DNA of 44,205 nucleotides from a virus (taxonomy: Duplodnaviria > Caudoviricetes), in the IMG/VR virus record IMGVR_UViG_3300043443_000124, positions 1-44,205 of that record; one strand, written 5' to 3'. Under the pieces are notes generated by a model. The model saw only the letters and a list, made by a program, of their open reading frames with translations, ran no database searches and had not been told where the DNA came from. Within the stretch, counting starts at the first letter, position 1. Each line of letters opens with the position of its first letter. Below are positions 43,943-44,205 of this stretch, piece by piece. The position numbers and the translations under genes are program-made.

Positions 43943-44003
43943 ACTCCTCGGCGTGGCTCGCAGAGATACAGAAAAAATAACTATGCCCCAAACCAAACAC
44001 GGC

Positions 44004-44036
44004 AAAAGAAAAACCCCTGCCCGTAGGCAAGGGTTT
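44004..44036 (-). terminator. Intrinsic terminator
   Basis: Minus strand AAACCCTTGCC-TACG-GGCAGGGGTTT followed by TTCTTTT. Confidence 0.82.
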
Positions 44037-44052
44037 CATCTTCCGTGAAAAG

Positions 44053-44205
44053 TTAGGCGTTCACTCCAATGAACTCAGTCGCTAGGCAGACACGCTGTCC
44101 ATTCTCGTAGCCGTAGCCACGAACCCAAACAATGGTGTCCTCGAACAGGCTGGTCTTGTAGAACTCAACGAACTCTTGAAACTTGGCATAGCCGTAAGCC
44201 TCAAA
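44053..44205 (-). CDS. Hypothetical protein, C-terminal part (start lies outside the window)
   Basis: Open frame FEAYGYAKFQEFVEFYKTSLFEDTIVWVRGYGYENGQRVCLATEFIGVNA*, followed by a terminator. Confidence 0.6.
   Translation of the reverse strand, partial: FEAYGYAKFQEFVEFYKTSLFEDTIVWVRGYGYENGQRVCLATEFIGVNA

Noticed and set aside
43868-44039. N-terminal extension of 43601..44005 and the overlapping 43818..44039 ORF
   Set aside because: They span a promoter, repeat motifs and, for the second ORF, a terminator. ATG 43867 has the better ribosome-binding site.
1-44205. Alternative genetic code or stop-codon reassignment
   Set aside because: Standard-code ORFs tile the minus strand densely, and TAA, TAG and TGA all serve as stops.

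Overview
This window is about 44 kb of a tailed dsDNA phage genome (siphovirus-like), with every credible gene on the minus strand. The portal, the large capsid protein followed by a second capsid-like protein, the DUF1360-like membrane protein and the tail genes resemble actinobacteriophages with a cluster-B-like morphogenesis module. An actinobacterial host, possibly freshwater Microbacteriaceae, is an inference. In the direction of transcription (right to left) the window holds: small genes each with its own terminator; a noncoding repeat-rich segment (possible terminus or origin); two paralogous HTH proteins; an NlpC/P60 peptidase and three tiny membrane proteins; full-length catalase-peroxidase KatG; heme oxygenase; a separately transcribed structured ncRNA candidate; terminase large subunit; portal; a Dps/mini-ferritin inside the head operon; a 1224-aa HExxH metallopeptidase-tipped protein; a 1438-aa multidomain prohead-protease-like protein; capsid, neck and tail genes with a -1 frameshifted tail chaperone; then family A DNA polymerase, RuvC-like resolvase, SNF2-type helicase, Cas4-like exonuclease and a Sak4-like ATPase. 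The most notable candidates are (1) a phage-encoded peroxide/iron/heme set (KatG, heme oxygenase, Dps), (2) the ~180-nt ncRNA with repeated hairpins, and (3) a possible head-cargo system marked by shared QPRxxxG(F/W/Y) and hydrophobic-(T/V)-A-(A/S/G) motifs. All calls come from reading motifs by eye; no database search was run.
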